Assembly (NCBI GenBank): GCA_045837725.1
Contig: JBEWZL010000123.1
Span: forward strand, 1-64,000
Source of the DNA: Vermamoeba vermiformis
Lineage: Eukaryota
DNA: 64,000 nt
Direction of reading: 5' to 3'
Both the position numbers and the translations under genes were made by a program. This document shows positions 62,873-64,000 of this stretch, in pieces (position 1 is the first letter of the stretch; the number at the start of each line of letters is the position of its first letter). Below the pieces are notes generated by a model. It worked only from the letters and a program-made list of their open reading frames with translations. It was not told where the DNA came from and did not search any database.

Positions 62873-64000
62873 ATGTTACATCATCAAAGAAGCGACGGGG
62901 CAACTGCCGTCTTGAACAAAGTTTGTTCGATGGTCAACGATCAAGAGGCCAAGAAGTTGGCCGGAAAATACGGCTTGAATGTACAAAATGTATCGTGGGA
63001 AGATAATGCACGCTCGAAGAACAGTTGCTGGGGTCCTTGCATTTCGGACAGTAAGTACATTAAATTAAATTGTATTTTGAATTTTAAATTAAATTCTAAC
63101 TGCCTTGTAGTGACTTTGCAAGTTAATTCTTCAGCCCTGCCAGTTATTAGATCACCGAACTTCACCGACTTGACCTGGGACATCCCCATTGAAAAAATTC
63201 CCCTCGTTGTCGGCAACGAGAAAGGCTCCAACCTGCACGTGGTGACTTTGAAAGAGTATTTGGCCAACTTTAGAAACTACTTGCACAAGCCCAATGGTTG
63301 GAAGGGCAACAAGGTCTCGCTGCTCGCCCCTCGTGACACGCACGTGGTGACCTCGGCACAAGCTTGCTTCCTGCCGATCCCAGCCTCCGAAGACGCCAAG
63401 TTCAACGTGGCTATCTATAATTACCAAACTACAGCGAGCAACCCCGCAGTGCTGGCCATTGTAGCCTCGAGCAAAGGTACCTCGGCACAAGTCTTGGGTC
63501 AACACAGCGGCAAACTGTTCTTCAACAACAACGGTGAAAGATGCTCGTTTGTGGGTCAGCGACTGAGCGACTACCGCATAGAACAAGGCCAGACTCAGAA
63601 CTTGTCAGCACCCATGTCACAAGAAGAGAAGCAGCAGAACATGTTGCTCATCATTCAAGTACCGCTCAAGCAAAAACAAGCCCCACGAAGCTTCTTTGCT
63701 CAAAATGAGTGCTCGTCGTCAATGCCTGTGGTCAAATCAGCTCGATTATCATCAAAAAAGTCGTCCAATGTTGAAGACGCAATTATCAGCATTGGCAAAA
63801 GCGAAGGCCAATTCACTGAAATCGGTGACTTGGAGATTGAACGCGATGAAAGCTTTCCAGTCCGCGTCACAATGCAGTTCTACAAGGCCACTGACAATGG
63901 TGTGGTAAACGAAGAAAACATCAAACAGATCTCCGAACAGATCCAAGGTGCACGAAAGAACGCAGACTTCATTGGCTCACTTGTAGTTGCCGGCACTACC
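62873..64000 (+). CDS. Conserved hypothetical protein (WEDxxR...WGPxISDMTL family), 3'-truncated
   Basis: NVSWEDNARSKNSCWGPCISDM|TLQ, IRSPNFTDLT, AQACFLP, YNYQT, RDESFPVRVTMQFY; one intron about 63051-63110; strong coding codon bias. Confidence 0.75.
   Translation, partial: MLHHQRSDGATAVLNKVCSMVNDQEAKKLAGKYGLNVQNVSWEDNARSKNSCWGPCISDSKYIKLNCILNFKLNSNCLVVTLQVNSSALPVIRSPNFTDLTWDIPIEKIPLVVGNEKGSNLHVVTLKEYLANFRNYLHKPNGWKGNKVSLLAPRDTHVVTSAQACFLPIPASEDAKFNVAIYNYQTTASNPAVLAIVASSKGTSAQVLGQHSGKLFFNNNGERCSFVGQRLSDYRIEQGQTQNLSAPMSQEEKQQNMLLIIQVPLKQKQAPRSFFAQNECSSSMPVVKSARLSSKKSSNVEDAIISIGKSEGQFTEIGDLEIERDESFPVRVTMQFYKATDNGVVNEENIKQISEQIQGARKNADFIGSLVVAGTT

Noticed and set aside
1-64000. tRNA, rRNA, transposase, integrase or an endogenous viral block
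   Set aside because: No cloverleafs, rRNA tracts, DDE/RT motifs or viral hallmark genes recognised by eye.

Overview
Gene-dense eukaryotic genomic DNA with many short GT-AG introns (often GTAAGT/GTACGT donors, CTAAC/CTGAC branch points) and the standard genetic code. The gene content (fimbrin, RasGEF, RhoGEF, talin-F0-like domains, secreted trehalase) suggests a free-living amoebozoan-type protist; this is inference. About 29 protein-coding loci are visible, including importin-4, a Rab11-like GTPase, an HSDL2-like SDR, ATE1, trehalase and an amino acid transporter. Most interesting: (1) a long protein that splices a talin-F0-like ubiquitin fold, a dynein-adaptor CC1 box and a Spindly-like motif onto a fimbrin actin-bundling core; (2) an ATE1 with an N-terminal SAM domain and an inserted ArgRS-like tRNA-recognition domain; (3) importin-4 introns hosting at least three C/D snoRNAs, two of them identical; (4) an Rrn5-like SANT plus histone-fold protein in an apparent non-fungus. 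Also seen: a 31-bp captured trehalase exon fragment, a recurrent 12-bp palindrome, and several single-base frame disruptions that may be assembly errors. Gene models and family calls were made by eye; no database searches were run.
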